35,744 nucleotides of DNA. Source: Candidatus Coatesbacteria bacterium. Its GTDB lineage: Bacteria; JAFGND01. The stretch is taken from contig JAFGND010000067.1 of the NCBI GenBank assembly GCA_016927185.1, positions 1 through 35,744 on the forward strand, in the 5' to 3' direction. Shown one piece after another: positions 16,796-27,414 of this stretch. Numbering within the stretch: position 1 is the first letter of the stretch; the number at the start of each line of letters is the position of its first letter. A model generated the notes under the pieces. The model did not search any database and had not been told where the DNA came from. It worked only from the letters and a program-made list of their open reading frames with translations. A program made the translations under genes and the position numbers.

Positions 16796-19036
16796 CTATT
16801 TTATCTTCCAGATAATTATACTGCCATCCTTGCCAGCTGAAAACAGCCTTGTTTCATCTTTTGTCAGGCAGAATGAATCAATATATGTAGAATGTCCTGT
16901 CATTGAATGAAGGAGATGAAATACTGGACTTGTTTCAAACAATAATATGTCTCCCTTCTCGAAACCTGCAAAGAAACTCCTGTCCTTCAGGAATTTGAAG
17001 CAGGTTGCAGAACCAGACTGTGAAATGAAAGTATGAATTTTCTTGCCTGAAGCTGTTTCGTATAAAATGAAACCTTCGTCAATAGAAACAAGAAGTAGCT
17101 GTCCATCATCAGAAAAAGTTACAGGGCTGTTACCTTTCAAGGTGGCAATGGTTTTCTGGGTAGTAAAATCAACAAGCATGACTTTGTCACTTTCTTCAGT
17201 ATATGCAAAATAGTGATTGTCATTTGAAAAGGTTGCTGAATAAGTATAAAGCATATTCAGTTCTTCCCAGAAGGTATAATTCTGCATTTTTATATTGGTT
17301 ATATTTATTTCCCTTGCTGTTTCAAGATCAATAATAGTTGTAGGTTCAGGAATGCCTTCCCCTGGCTCTCTTGTTCTTTCTCTCAGAACTGCATATTTTT
17401 CATCAGGTGACATTGTTATAACTTCTTTTTTAGGAATTTCCTTCAATGTCCTTCCAGAAGCCATTTCTATTATCCTTGCATCTCTAGTTGTCTCGTCAAA
17501 ACCTATGAAATTCATTATAATCTTCTTTTTGTCAGAAAGTATTTTTATGTAATTATAGAAATTGCCTTCTTTTGTCTCGAATACTGGTGTTACATTATTT
17601 CTTCCTGACACAAGTTCAGCAGATTCAAGGACGATTCTCTGTAATGTATCCTGTACGACAGCTGCCATATAGCATTCCTCGCCAAAGAATCTTACATCAC
17701 CATTACTTGCCTCCTGGTATTTCTTCAACATCTTGTCATTTTCAGTATCCCACAATACAAGATCCCAGTATTCAGAACCTTCCTGATACACATGAATAGA
17801 AGAAGTGAGGTATTTACCGGAATCAGAAATGTTTATCTTGTTAACTCCTCCTATTGAGACTCCCCAGTAGCTTTTCAGGAATCTTGCATCCTGTACAGTC
17901 TTCTGTTCTGCATTCCATATGCTTATCTCATAATCAGACACGGTAGCTATCTTGTTGTTGTTTATGAAAGCCAGCTTGTCCGGATTATCATTGTTTCCTG
18001 GAAGGGATTTATGTATTTTCCATGTTCTTGTGTCCCAGATGTTTATAACGCCATAACTTGATGGGGTAGCCATAAGCAAGCCATTTTCAGAAAAACATAT
18101 ATCTCCCATATCGCTTCCATATTGACTTTCAACATCAGAATCAAGCTTCCTGTCATTCTTTCCCTTGCCTATATCCCATATATAGAGCTGATTAGTGATA
18201 ACTCCATCTGCATTGTAAAACATACCTATTGTCAGTATTTTTTTTAATGGCAAGAATGCGTATGAATTAACCCAGAATCCTTCTTCTCCCCTTATATTCT
18301 GTTCAGGTTTTATTGTCTTGTCATGCTCCAAGTCATAAATCATTATTTCATAATCATTCCTTATATCAGTACAGGCAAGAAGCTTGTTATCATCTGAGAA
18401 TGCAAAAGGAGATGAGCCCTTTAGTTTCATGATTTGCCTTTTGCTGGCAATTTCCCATATAATGAATGTCGAATCTTCTTGTGAATACACAAAGAATTTC
18501 TCATCCCTTGAAAATCCTGTTCCATTATTACTGTAACCATAATAGCTACTCCTGAAAGTATGAATGGCATTTCCTGTTTCTATATCCCATAAGGCAGCAC
18601 TTGAAGCAATATATCTATTTCTTGGTGATATAAGAAGAGGATTTGTAAATTCAGAATTCTCCACCTGTCCATCCAGTTTCCTGTAAACAGACAAATCATG
18701 AAGTCTTGCAATAATTATTGTCTTTTCTGTTGTATCCCTGTATGCAATGATACTTCCATCACTTGATACGGTAAGATAAAGATATCTGTCATTAATTCTT
18801 GTTCTTCTTATCAAGCCTGTCTTTGTGTCATAACCGCAATCCATGCAATACCTGAAAGCTGGATTTGAATCATTCCCGGTTGTACCTTTGCAGCATGAAA
18901 AGTGAGTATCATCAGATTTTTCAAAACTGCAATTCCTGCATTTCCTCTCATTATCATTGTTTGCGAAATTGCACAAGGGACAATACCAGGCATATATGTA
19001 GCTTATCCACAACAAGAGTACAATAATATATCTCAT
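16796..19036 (-). CDS. Secreted WD40/beta-propeller protein with N-terminal RanBP2-type zinc finger
   Basis: Signal peptide, then WYCPLCNFANNDNERKCRNC; many WD/WE/WN repeats; terminal GHSTYI...SAGKDGSIIIWK. GGAGG RBS before ATG 19036 (track start 19051). Confidence 0.85.
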   Translation of the reverse strand: MRYIIVLLLWISYIYAWYCPLCNFANNDNERKCRNCSFEKSDDTHFSCCKGTTGNDSNPAFRYCMDCGYDTKTGLIRRTRINDRYLYLTVSSDGSIIAYRDTTEKTIIIARLHDLSVYRKLDGQVENSEFTNPLLISPRNRYIASSAALWDIETGNAIHTFRSSYYGYSNNGTGFSRDEKFFVYSQEDSTFIIWEIASKRQIMKLKGSSPFAFSDDNKLLACTDIRNDYEIMIYDLEHDKTIKPEQNIRGEEGFWVNSYAFLPLKKILTIGMFYNADGVITNQLYIWDIGKGKNDRKLDSDVESQYGSDMGDICFSENGLLMATPSSYGVINIWDTRTWKIHKSLPGNNDNPDKLAFINNNKIATVSDYEISIWNAEQKTVQDARFLKSYWGVSIGGVNKINISDSGKYLTSSIHVYQEGSEYWDLVLWDTENDKMLKKYQEASNGDVRFFGEECYMAAVVQDTLQRIVLESAELVSGRNNVTPVFETKEGNFYNYIKILSDKKKIIMNFIGFDETTRDARIIEMASGRTLKEIPKKEVITMSPDEKYAVLRERTREPGEGIPEPTTIIDLETAREINITNIKMQNYTFWEELNMLYTYSATFSNDNHYFAYTEESDKVMLVDFTTQKTIATLKGNSPVTFSDDGQLLLVSIDEGFILYETASGKKIHTFISQSGSATCFKFLKDRSFFAGFEKGDILLFETSPVFHLLHSMTGHSTYIDSFCLTKDETRLFSAGKDGSIIIWKIK

Positions 19037-19393
19037 TTTTCCTCCATACATTTCTTGCTCAAGATTTAACTAACATCTAAGATGTCAAGCATGAAGTATT
19101 AATTTCTTTTTTATTGAAATCAATCATTAATTTAAAAAATTCTGGAAATGAAAATCATGGAAAATATTATCATCACTGCATTTCTATGAAACACAGGCAA
19201 GTATTTCAAAATAAAACTTCCTGTCCTCTTTTTTTTCTTTATGTTTTTTCTTGACAGAAAGAAAGATAATATTACCATATAAATCAGAAGGCATAGCCTT
19301 GAAACAAGGAGGTATGACAGCTTTCCGAATATTCTTATAATTTCTTGTATATCAATAAGTTAGAACGATAATAAAAATAAGAAGGAGGGTACT

Positions 19394-20932
19394 ATGAAAG
19401 CCATAATATTTATCATGATTCTGCTTTTATGCAGTCTGCTTTTCGCTACTCCAGGCGATCTTCTATGGAGATATAAATCACCAAGTCAGATATGGACTCT
19501 GGTTTGCTCGTCCAATGACAAAGTTCATTTCAGCAGTGGTAATTATCTCTATACTCTTGAAGCAGATGATGGGGCATTCAGATGGAGATATCAAGCTGGA
19601 GGAACTGTTGCTCATCCTGTAGTTTTTGGACATATGGTTCTTGTTGGAAGCTATGATAACAGCCTTTATGTTCTTGATGCAAGTGATGGTTATCTTATAT
19701 TCAAATATACTACTGGTGGAGATGTAAATGCCCCTCCATGCGTATACGATAACATTGCATATTTCGGTAGCAGTGATACATACTTGTATGCAGTAGATAC
19801 GAATGATGGCAGATTAATATGGAGATACAAAACAGGTGGAGCAATCCTGGGTTCAGGAACCTGCTATTCCAATGGACTGGTTTTCGTAGGAAGCAGAGAC
19901 ACTTATTTTTATGCAGTAAACTCCATTAATGGAGAACTGGAATGGAGATTCAAGACTGGAAACCAGATAGAGACAACTCCTCATGCGAAATATGGTGTTG
20001 TATATTTCGGTAGTGATGACAATAATATATATGCAATTGAATGCGAAACAGGGAAGCTTCTCTGGACTTATCATGCAGGAGGAGGTTGCTCTGATCCCTA
20101 TGTTCTTTATAATAATCTCTACATTGGCTGTCTAAACAGATATATGTATGCATTGAATATTGATGATGGAAGTGAAAGATGGAAGTACCTTACAGGAAGC
20201 GAAGTACGTTCCTCACCATGCGCTACTGATAGTGTCGCATATGTTGGAAGCAGCGATACTTATTTTTATGCTTTCAATACTGCAACTGGAAATCCAAAAT
20301 GGACATACAAGACAGGAGGCGTAGTAACTTCTTCACCATGCGTACTGAAAGGTAATGTTTATATAGGTAGTAATGACACATATCTTTATGCTTTCGATGT
20401 AGGAGATCCAAGGATAAGAGTGACTTCACCAAACGGAGGAGAAAGTTGGGAAGTAGGCTCATCTCATCAGATAAAATGGGTTTCAACTGAGATTGATTCT
20501 GTAGTAATCGAATACTCAACAAACAATGGAAATGACTGGCTATTCGTTGCAAGATTCACAGATGAATATGAGAATTATAACTGGACAATACCCAATACTC
20601 CATCAGAAGAATGTCTTGTAAGGATTTCAGACAGGAGTGGAAACCCACAGGATGCAAGCGATAACTTATTCACGATTTACAGAACAACTGGATTTGAAGA
20701 TGGTAAAACCACAAGAAAAATGCCAGTCAAATTCAATGCATCTCCAAATCCATTCAGCAATTCGCTTCAATTGAATCTGCCGGCAAAAGCCTCAGTATAT
20801 TCGCTTTCTGGTCAGTTTATTTCCTCAATTGGAAAGGGAAATCATATAATAAACACAGATAAATGGAACTCAGGGATTTATATCATCAAATGTGGCAACG
20901 AATACAAAAGAGTGATAAAAATAAGCGAATAG
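19394..20932 (+). CDS. Secreted PQQ-like (BamB-type) beta-propeller repeat protein with Ig-like domain and T9SS-like CTD
   Basis: About 8 repeats of W-x-Y-x-TGG...SSP...VYxGSxDxxxYA; IRVTSPNGGESW Ig-like module; C-terminal ASPNPF...GIYII; AGGAGG RBS. Confidence 0.88.
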   Translation: MKAIIFIMILLLCSLLFATPGDLLWRYKSPSQIWTLVCSSNDKVHFSSGNYLYTLEADDGAFRWRYQAGGTVAHPVVFGHMVLVGSYDNSLYVLDASDGYLIFKYTTGGDVNAPPCVYDNIAYFGSSDTYLYAVDTNDGRLIWRYKTGGAILGSGTCYSNGLVFVGSRDTYFYAVNSINGELEWRFKTGNQIETTPHAKYGVVYFGSDDNNIYAIECETGKLLWTYHAGGGCSDPYVLYNNLYIGCLNRYMYALNIDDGSERWKYLTGSEVRSSPCATDSVAYVGSSDTYFYAFNTATGNPKWTYKTGGVVTSSPCVLKGNVYIGSNDTYLYAFDVGDPRIRVTSPNGGESWEVGSSHQIKWVSTEIDSVVIEYSTNNGNDWLFVARFTDEYENYNWTIPNTPSEECLVRISDRSGNPQDASDNLFTIYRTTGFEDGKTTRKMPVKFNASPNPFSNSLQLNLPAKASVYSLSGQFISSIGKGNHIINTDKWNSGIYIIKCGNEYKRVIKISE

Positions 20933-20936
20933 AATG

Positions 20937-20965
20937 ATCTCCTGCAAGAAAAACTTGCAGGAGAT
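20937..20965 (+). promoter_or_regulatory. Perfect 12-bp hairpin containing the RBS of the downstream gene
   Basis: ATCTCCTGCAAG-aaaaa-CTTGCAGGAGAT; the 3' arm contains AGGAG ahead of ATG 20973; no U-tract. Confidence 0.6.
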
Positions 20966-20972
20966 AAAATCA

Positions 20973-22415
20973 ATGAAGATACTTCATTTTTTGATTATAA
21001 TTCTTCTCTTCAAGGCTTCTTATGCATGGGAGCTGCAGTTCGGATCAGATACTTTGTATGATGAAGGAAGAGCTTCATGCAAGACATCAGACAATGGTTA
21101 TATAATAACAGGATCTTCAGGGAATTTCCTTAATGCAGAGCTTGACCTGTACATGCTTAAATTAAATGGCAATGGAGAGCTGCAGTGGGAGAAAAGAATT
21201 GGTGGCGAACTTGAGGAAAGAGGCTGGACAATAACTGCAACAACAGATGGTAATTTCATAATATCAGGTCTTACAAAATCAAAAGGTCATGGCTCAAGTG
21301 ACTTTTATACTATCATGATGGATCTGAGAGGAAACATTATTTTCGAAAAAACATATGGTTCTGAGGAATATGAAAGATGCTATTCAATAACTAATGTATC
21401 AGATGATGGCTTCATAATGAATGGCGTCAAGGGAACAGGATATGTTTATGTAGTGAGAATAGACAAAGAAGGATCCGTATTATGGGAAAAGACATACGGT
21501 CCTCAGGATGAATTCAATTACGGTAGATTTACAATAGAGACTTCTGATGGAGGTTTCATAAATTGCGGTGCTGCAAATCACTATTCATCATCTCATGGTG
21601 ATGCATACATTTTCAAGACTGACAGGAATGGCAATCTCTTATGGGAAAAATTCTTAGGTGGAGACCAATGGGATAATGCCTTGTGTGTAAGGCAAACAAG
21701 GGATAATTGTTATATCGCAGGAGGTTATACATTCTCATTCGGTTCTGGAAATGGAGATTTTTATGTAATAAAGATGGATTCTTCTGGAAATGCAATATGG
21801 GAGAAAACATATGGAGGTGAAAAAGGAGAAATCTCGAATTCCCTTGTTCTGACAGAGGATGGTGGTTTCATAATGTGCGGATATACAGAGAGTTATGGAA
21901 AAGGGGGAGAAGACGCATTCGTTGTAAAAGCTGATTCATCAGGAAATCTGGTATGGCAGAAAACTTTCGGAGATACTCTTGATGACTGGTTTCACAATGT
22001 TTTCAAGGAAAGCGATAATGTTTATACACTAACTGGAATTACTAACTATGTCAAGAACAGTGATGCAACTGGTGATGTATTCTTTGTTAAGATAGACGGG
22101 AATGGAAGCATGATAAATGAAAGAAGGATAATAACCAGAAGAAAGATTCATCCTTGCAGTTTCCCGAATCCTTTCACAGATAAAACTTACATAAGATTTC
22201 ATCTGCTTTCATACGGAAAAGTCACTGTTACCATATATGATATCACTGGTAAATTTGTTGCAAAATTATGTGACAAATATATGGATAAAGGAAGTCATGA
22301 TATTATATGGAATGGCAAGGATTTCAGGAAAAATGAAGCAGGAAATGGTATATATTTTTATGAAATAATCACAAACTTGAAGCATGAATCAGGAAAAATC
22401 CTTCACTTTAAATAA
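20973..22415 (+). CDS. Secreted beta-propeller repeat protein with FlgD-Ig/T9SS-like C-terminal domain
   Basis: Repeats of DGGFIxxG...D-x-Y-x-x-K-x-D-x-x-GN-x-x-WEKTYGG; C-terminal FPNPF...IYDITG...WNGKD...GIYFY; signal peptide from MKILHF (track start 20934). Confidence 0.85.
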   Translation: MKILHFLIIILLFKASYAWELQFGSDTLYDEGRASCKTSDNGYIITGSSGNFLNAELDLYMLKLNGNGELQWEKRIGGELEERGWTITATTDGNFIISGLTKSKGHGSSDFYTIMMDLRGNIIFEKTYGSEEYERCYSITNVSDDGFIMNGVKGTGYVYVVRIDKEGSVLWEKTYGPQDEFNYGRFTIETSDGGFINCGAANHYSSSHGDAYIFKTDRNGNLLWEKFLGGDQWDNALCVRQTRDNCYIAGGYTFSFGSGNGDFYVIKMDSSGNAIWEKTYGGEKGEISNSLVLTEDGGFIMCGYTESYGKGGEDAFVVKADSSGNLVWQKTFGDTLDDWFHNVFKESDNVYTLTGITNYVKNSDATGDVFFVKIDGNGSMINERRIITRRKIHPCSFPNPFTDKTYIRFHLLSYGKVTVTIYDITGKFVAKLCDKYMDKGSHDIIWNGKDFRKNEAGNGIYFYEIITNLKHESGKILHFK

Positions 22416-22918
22416 TCTATTAATATTATTATTCCTGAAAAAGACTTGAAAATACTTGAATTGATAAGCACTCTCAGTATCAGATTTGCATATACTCCTG
22501 CAAACAAATCATCACACATTATTCCAAGACCACCAGGAAGATTTTGTGCCTGAAATGCTGGGAATGGCTTTATTATATCAAGAAGCCTGAACAATATAAA
22601 TCCAGTGACAATAACAGGTATTGTCTTTGGAAGGAACAGATATGTTACTGCCATCCCCAGAACCTCATCGATAACTATTATCTGAGGATCCTTGTCATTC
22701 AACGATCTGGCAGCTATCCATGAGAAGACTGTTCCAAGTATGAATAAAATGCATGTTATAACAAGTAAATTGAATTCAGCATTGCTTTCATCACCTGCTC
22801 TTGGATTATATAGTATCAGATACAGAATTGATGCTGAAAGAGAACCGAAAGTTCCTGGAGCAACTTTTATATATCCAATTCCAAAAAAGGTTGAGAAGAT
22901 GAGAGATAAGTATTTCAC
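22403..22918 (-). CDS. pgpA: Phosphatidylglycerophosphatase A
   Basis: APGTFGS, DPQIIVIDEVLG, FRLLDIIKPFP, GGLGIMCDD. Confidence 0.93.
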   Translation of the reverse strand: MKYLSLIFSTFFGIGYIKVAPGTFGSLSASILYLILYNPRAGDESNAEFNLLVITCILFILGTVFSWIAARSLNDKDPQIIVIDEVLGMAVTYLFLPKTIPVIVTGFILFRLLDIIKPFPAFQAQNLPGGLGIMCDDLFAGVYANLILRVLINSSIFKSFSGIIILIDYLK

Positions 22919-24360
22919 TTCAGACTTGAGAGGTATTCTTTCAGGAGCTCATCAATTATTGAAGGATCAGCCTTCCCTTTAGTTGCTTTCATTACCTGAC
23001 CAATGAAAAAACCATATACTGCTTCTTTTCCTGAAATGTATTGTTCCTTGACTTTCGGATTCCCTTCTACTGCGTTAATGACAAGTTCTCTTATGAAAGA
23101 TTTGTCACTAATTTGCTTGAGTCCTTTTTCTTCGACAATTTCCTTTGCTTTCTTGCCAGTTTCAGCCATCAGTGGAAGTATCTCCTTGCCAGTTGCTTGT
23201 GAAATCTCTCCCCTGCATGCAAGTTCTACTAGTTCCACAAGATCAGCTGGACCTATTGCGGGATTCCTGATATCAAGATTTTTCTCTTTTATTACCCTCA
23301 GATATTCTACAAGAAGCCAGTTAGCCAGTTCTTTTTTATATTCTGTAATTGCAGCTCCTTCCACGTAGAACTGAGACAATTGCTTGCTTGCGAGTAATTC
23401 ACTCGAAATATAGTCACTTAGATTATATTCCCTTTTGAAAGTCTCCTCTATTTCCGATGGAAGAGCTGGCATATTCTCTTTCACTATCTTCTTCAGCTCA
23501 TCTGATATCCTTACTGGAATGAGATCCGGTTCAGGAAAATAGCGATAATCTTCAGCTTTTTCCTTTCTTCTTAGTAGTCTGGTTTCAGAAATCCTCTCAT
23601 CCCATGTTCTTGTTTCCTTGAATATCATTTCCCCTTTCTCTAGCATATCTATCTGCCTTTGCGCTTCATAATCAATTGCCTTTCTGACATTGGAAAATGA
23701 ATTCATGTTTTTTATCTCTACTATTACACCATGTTCCTTTTCATTCCTTGCCACATCAATATTCACGTCACATCTTAATGCTCCTTTTTCCATATCTCCT
23801 GAACATACTTCAAGGTATTCAAGAAGTTGCTTTAACTTGTTCAGAAAAAGATATGCTTCCTCTCCAGAATGCAAATCTGGTTCAGTGACTATTTCAACCA
23901 GGGGAATTCCTCCCCTGTTGTAATCAATGTATGAAATTCCCTCGTCTTGCTCATTCTCAGGATGAAAATTTTTTCCGGCATCCTCTTCAAGATGAATCCT
24001 CCTTATCCTCACTTCAAAATGCTCTCCTTTATCTCTTGGCACTTTCAATTTTCCATCGGTGCAGATCGGATTCTCGTATTGAGTTATCTGATAACCCTTT
24101 GGCAGATCCGGATAGAAGTAATTTTTCCTTGCAAAATAAGCAATTTCCTCTATCCTGGATTTTGTTGCAAATCCAAGTTTCAATGCATGTTCCAGAGCCT
24201 TCTCATTAGGTACAGGAAGAATTCCCGGATAACCAAGACATACAGGACAGATGTTCCTGTTAGGGATGTCTCCATAATTGTTTGGGCATCTACAGAACAT
24301 CTTGCTTTCAGTAAGAAGCTGAGCATGAATTTCAAGACCTATGGTTATAATGAACTCCAT
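22915..24360 (-). CDS. gatB: Asp-tRNA(Asn)/Glu-tRNA(Gln) amidotransferase subunit B
   Basis: IGLEIHAQL, RKNYFYPDLPKGYQITQY, HLEEDAGK, LRCDVN, EIKNMNS, DYRYFPEPDL. Confidence 0.97.
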   Translation of the reverse strand: MEFIITIGLEIHAQLLTESKMFCRCPNNYGDIPNRNICPVCLGYPGILPVPNEKALEHALKLGFATKSRIEEIAYFARKNYFYPDLPKGYQITQYENPICTDGKLKVPRDKGEHFEVRIRRIHLEEDAGKNFHPENEQDEGISYIDYNRGGIPLVEIVTEPDLHSGEEAYLFLNKLKQLLEYLEVCSGDMEKGALRCDVNIDVARNEKEHGVIVEIKNMNSFSNVRKAIDYEAQRQIDMLEKGEMIFKETRTWDERISETRLLRRKEKAEDYRYFPEPDLIPVRISDELKKIVKENMPALPSEIEETFKREYNLSDYISSELLASKQLSQFYVEGAAITEYKKELANWLLVEYLRVIKEKNLDIRNPAIGPADLVELVELACRGEISQATGKEILPLMAETGKKAKEIVEEKGLKQISDKSFIRELVINAVEGNPKVKEQYISGKEAVYGFFIGQVMKATKGKADPSIIDELLKEYLSSLK

Positions 24361-25889
24361 CAGATTATTTCGCTTTCATTCTTTTTCAAAGATTCATTAA
24401 TAGCTGGAGTTCTTGGAGTAACTTCAATGAAATCAATTTCCTTCAGATCCTCCCTGGGTTTCACACCAAGCTCAACCATCTTCCTTGCACTTGGCAATAC
24501 TGTTCTCTGAAGGGAACCGATCATGTCATTGAATTTCTCGACAGATGATTTCAGATTTTTCTGCATGCCAAGAAGGTGATTGCAGAAAATGTTTATTGCA
24601 TCATGGAGTTTTTTTCCTGCCTCACTTATCTCTTTTGCATTCTCTGCAAGTTGTTCCTGTCTCCATCCAAGCGAGATAGTCTTCAGCAGACCTACAAGGG
24701 TAATTGGTGTGGCAAGAAGTATTTTCTTGTTTATTGCATCTTCAATAAGATTAATATCTTCCTGAATCGCAGCAAAATAATATGCCTCACCCGGCATGAA
24801 CATGATAACAAACTGGGGAGTAGGAGTAATATGTTCGCAATAAGCTTTCTGGCTAAGCTTGTTAATATGAGATCTGATAGCTTGTACATGACTTTTAAGA
24901 AGCTCTCTCTGCTCATCTGGATTGCTTGTTTCAGATATTTTTAGATAAGCATCCATCGGCGCTTTTGCATCTATTGCTATCTTGTTGTTACATGGCATGG
25001 TAACAATCATGTCGGGTCTCAGTTTTCCTTCTTCTCCCTGTATTGTTTCCTGCTCTGCATAATCAATATGTTCAGTCATTTCAGATAGTTCAACAACACG
25101 CTTCAATGTAATTTCTCCCCATCTTCCTCTTGCTTCAGGTCTTTTCAGGGCATTCACAAGCTTGTTTGTCTCATTCCTGAGATTCCTGCTGTCATCGTGC
25201 ATCATCTTTATCTGTTCCTGGATTGCACCATAGGCTTGCACTCTTTCTTTTTCCATCTTCACGAAGTATTCCTGAGATAATTTCAGAGAATCTGAAATGG
25301 GTTTTACAAGATTTTCTATAGCTTGCTGTTTTTTCTCAAGATCCCCTTGTGATTCAACATTGAGCTGCTTGAATCTTTCTGAAGCAAGCTTCAGGAATTC
25401 CTCATTGCTTATCTTCAGTACTTCTCCTCCTATGGATTTGAAAACATTAACAAGTTTCTCTTCTGCATCCTGAAGAATTCTCTTTTTTTCCTCGAACTCA
25501 GCCTCTTTTGTCATTAATTTTGCCAGTTCCTGCTGCAAATCCTCCTTTGTTCTCTGTAGCGATGTAATCTGGTTTTCAAGAAGATTAATTCTTTCATTCT
25601 TCTCCTCTATCTGAATCTTGATTTCAGATACAGTTGCCGAAACAATCCGTTCTGCAGAAAGACTTTTCTCTGCCTGCAAATACATCTCCCTAACTTTCTT
25701 GAGCTCATCCTCAACAACCTTCATCTTTAAAAGATTATCAGTGTTCTGATTCTCCATGTAAGTCTTTTCCTGAACCATCCTTGAAAGGTCATTCTGCATG
25801 TTGTTTTTATAAATCCTGAAGATAATGAATGAGGCAGCAGAGCAGAGAATTACACCTGCCAGCAAGCCAAGCAGCAGATTTTCTACCAT
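24360..25889 (-). CDS. rmuC: DNA recombination protein RmuC
   Basis: N-terminal TM and coiled coil; RGRWGEITL, LRPDMIV, IDAKAP, FVIMFMPGE, ATPITL. Confidence 0.92.
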   Translation of the reverse strand: MVENLLLGLLAGVILCSAASFIIFRIYKNNMQNDLSRMVQEKTYMENQNTDNLLKMKVVEDELKKVREMYLQAEKSLSAERIVSATVSEIKIQIEEKNERINLLENQITSLQRTKEDLQQELAKLMTKEAEFEEKKRILQDAEEKLVNVFKSIGGEVLKISNEEFLKLASERFKQLNVESQGDLEKKQQAIENLVKPISDSLKLSQEYFVKMEKERVQAYGAIQEQIKMMHDDSRNLRNETNKLVNALKRPEARGRWGEITLKRVVELSEMTEHIDYAEQETIQGEEGKLRPDMIVTMPCNNKIAIDAKAPMDAYLKISETSNPDEQRELLKSHVQAIRSHINKLSQKAYCEHITPTPQFVIMFMPGEAYYFAAIQEDINLIEDAINKKILLATPITLVGLLKTISLGWRQEQLAENAKEISEAGKKLHDAINIFCNHLLGMQKNLKSSVEKFNDMIGSLQRTVLPSARKMVELGVKPREDLKEIDFIEVTPRTPAINESLKKNESEII

Positions 25890-27412
25890 CCTGCTATTTC
25901 CTTTATTGATTTTGAAAGAAAGTCAAGTATATCAGAAGAAGTTATTCCAAGCATTCCAAGCTCAGAAGCTGCCATGTTTCCTGCATGTCCATGTATATAT
26001 ATTGATTCTGCAATAACCTTTTCACTGAATCCGAACTGAGCAATGAATGAGCCCAGCAGACCTGCAAGTACGTCTCCACTTCCTGCAGTAGCCATTCCCT
26101 GATTTCCTGCCTCTGTAAAAATGATTTTTCCATCCTTATTTGCAAGCATTGTTGGCATTCCCTTGAGAAGAATAATAGCATCAAGTTCAGATGAAAGATC
26201 CTGAATGTCTCTTATTATACTTATCTCATCTTTTGCCAGAAGCTTTCTGAACTCACCTCTATGAGGTGTCAACAATCTCTTGTAATCCTTCTTCTTCAGC
26301 AATTCCCTCAGATCATTGCTTGCTGCAACAAGATTAAGTGCATCAGCATCAATGACTAGGGGACAGCTTGCAAGAGACAGGACATCATTAAGGAAATATT
26401 CAGTTTCAGTTGATACTGTAAGCCCTGGACCTGCTATGATTGAATCATAATGCTCCAATTCAATATCAGATATCGATTTGCCGTCGAATGTTCCATTGGT
26501 TGAATGAAGACCGTGTACAAGCAGTGATGGATTGAAGGATTTACATATGCTTTCAATGCAATCAGGAACGAACAAGCGAACCATGCCACATCCGCTTTGA
26601 AGTGCAGCAGAAGCTGTCAATACAGCAGCACCACTATAGGTGGAGCTCCCTGCAAAGATTGCAATTTTGCCGACACTGTATTTGTGGGCTTGAGGAGATC
26701 TCTTCGGAATTGCTACATCATCACTTTCGAAAAGAGAGAAAGGGGTATCTTTCAAGAATTTCTCAGGAAATCCAATGTCAGCAATCTTTATCTTGCCTGC
26801 ATATTCCCTTGCTGGAGGCAGGATAAGCGGGATTTTCAATGCCCCCATTGTGACTGTCATGTCTGCATTGAACACAGCATCAGATACTGCTCCCTCTTCT
26901 CCATTAATTCCAGTCGGCATGTCAACTGCTATTTTCCATGCATTTGTATTATTAATCTGTCCAAGAAGAAGACAAAAGGAGCTCCTCAATGATCCTTTTA
27001 CCCCTGTTCCAAGCAAAGCATCTATTATTATTGTGAAATCATCAAATGGTAGATAATCGAAGCCAAGTTCCTCATCCAGGAAAAGTATTTTTATGCCAAG
27101 TTTTTTTGCCAATTCATAATTATAACGGGCATCCTGCGTGAATTTCTCTTCATTTCCCATTACATATATATTAAGGTCTTTCGGCTTCCTGAATGAAAGC
27201 CATCTTGCAACTACGAATCCGTCTCCTCCGTTATTGCCTGTTCCACAGAATATTGCAATGTTCTCGGAATCAACATTACCCTTTTCACTTAGTATCTCCT
27301 TATAAATGCTGTAACCTGCCATTTCCATCAGGCACTTGCTCTCTACACCTAAGCCCTCTATAGTCTTTTTATCAATATCCTTCATGCTTTCTGGCAAATG
27401 AACAGGTTTCAT
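25883..27412 (-). CDS. nnr: Bifunctional NAD(P)HX epimerase/dehydratase (YjeF, NnrE-NnrD)
   Basis: LMEMAG, GTGNNGGDG, IDALLGTG, AVDMPTG, GPGL, IDADAL, TPHRGEF, ATAGSGDVLAG. Confidence 0.94.
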   Translation of the reverse strand: MKPVHLPESMKDIDKKTIEGLGVESKCLMEMAGYSIYKEILSEKGNVDSENIAIFCGTGNNGGDGFVVARWLSFRKPKDLNIYVMGNEEKFTQDARYNYELAKKLGIKILFLDEELGFDYLPFDDFTIIIDALLGTGVKGSLRSSFCLLLGQINNTNAWKIAVDMPTGINGEEGAVSDAVFNADMTVTMGALKIPLILPPAREYAGKIKIADIGFPEKFLKDTPFSLFESDDVAIPKRSPQAHKYSVGKIAIFAGSSTYSGAAVLTASAALQSGCGMVRLFVPDCIESICKSFNPSLLVHGLHSTNGTFDGKSISDIELEHYDSIIAGPGLTVSTETEYFLNDVLSLASCPLVIDADALNLVAASNDLRELLKKKDYKRLLTPHRGEFRKLLAKDEISIIRDIQDLSSELDAIILLKGMPTMLANKDGKIIFTEAGNQGMATAGSGDVLAGLLGSFIAQFGFSEKVIAESIYIHGHAGNMAASELGMLGITSSDILDFLSKSIKEIAGW

Positions 27413-27414
27413 CT

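Noticed and set aside
19314-19340. 8-codon uORF MTAFRIFL after AAGGAGGT
   Set aside because: The SD abuts the ATG with essentially no spacer, and no attenuator structure is seen.
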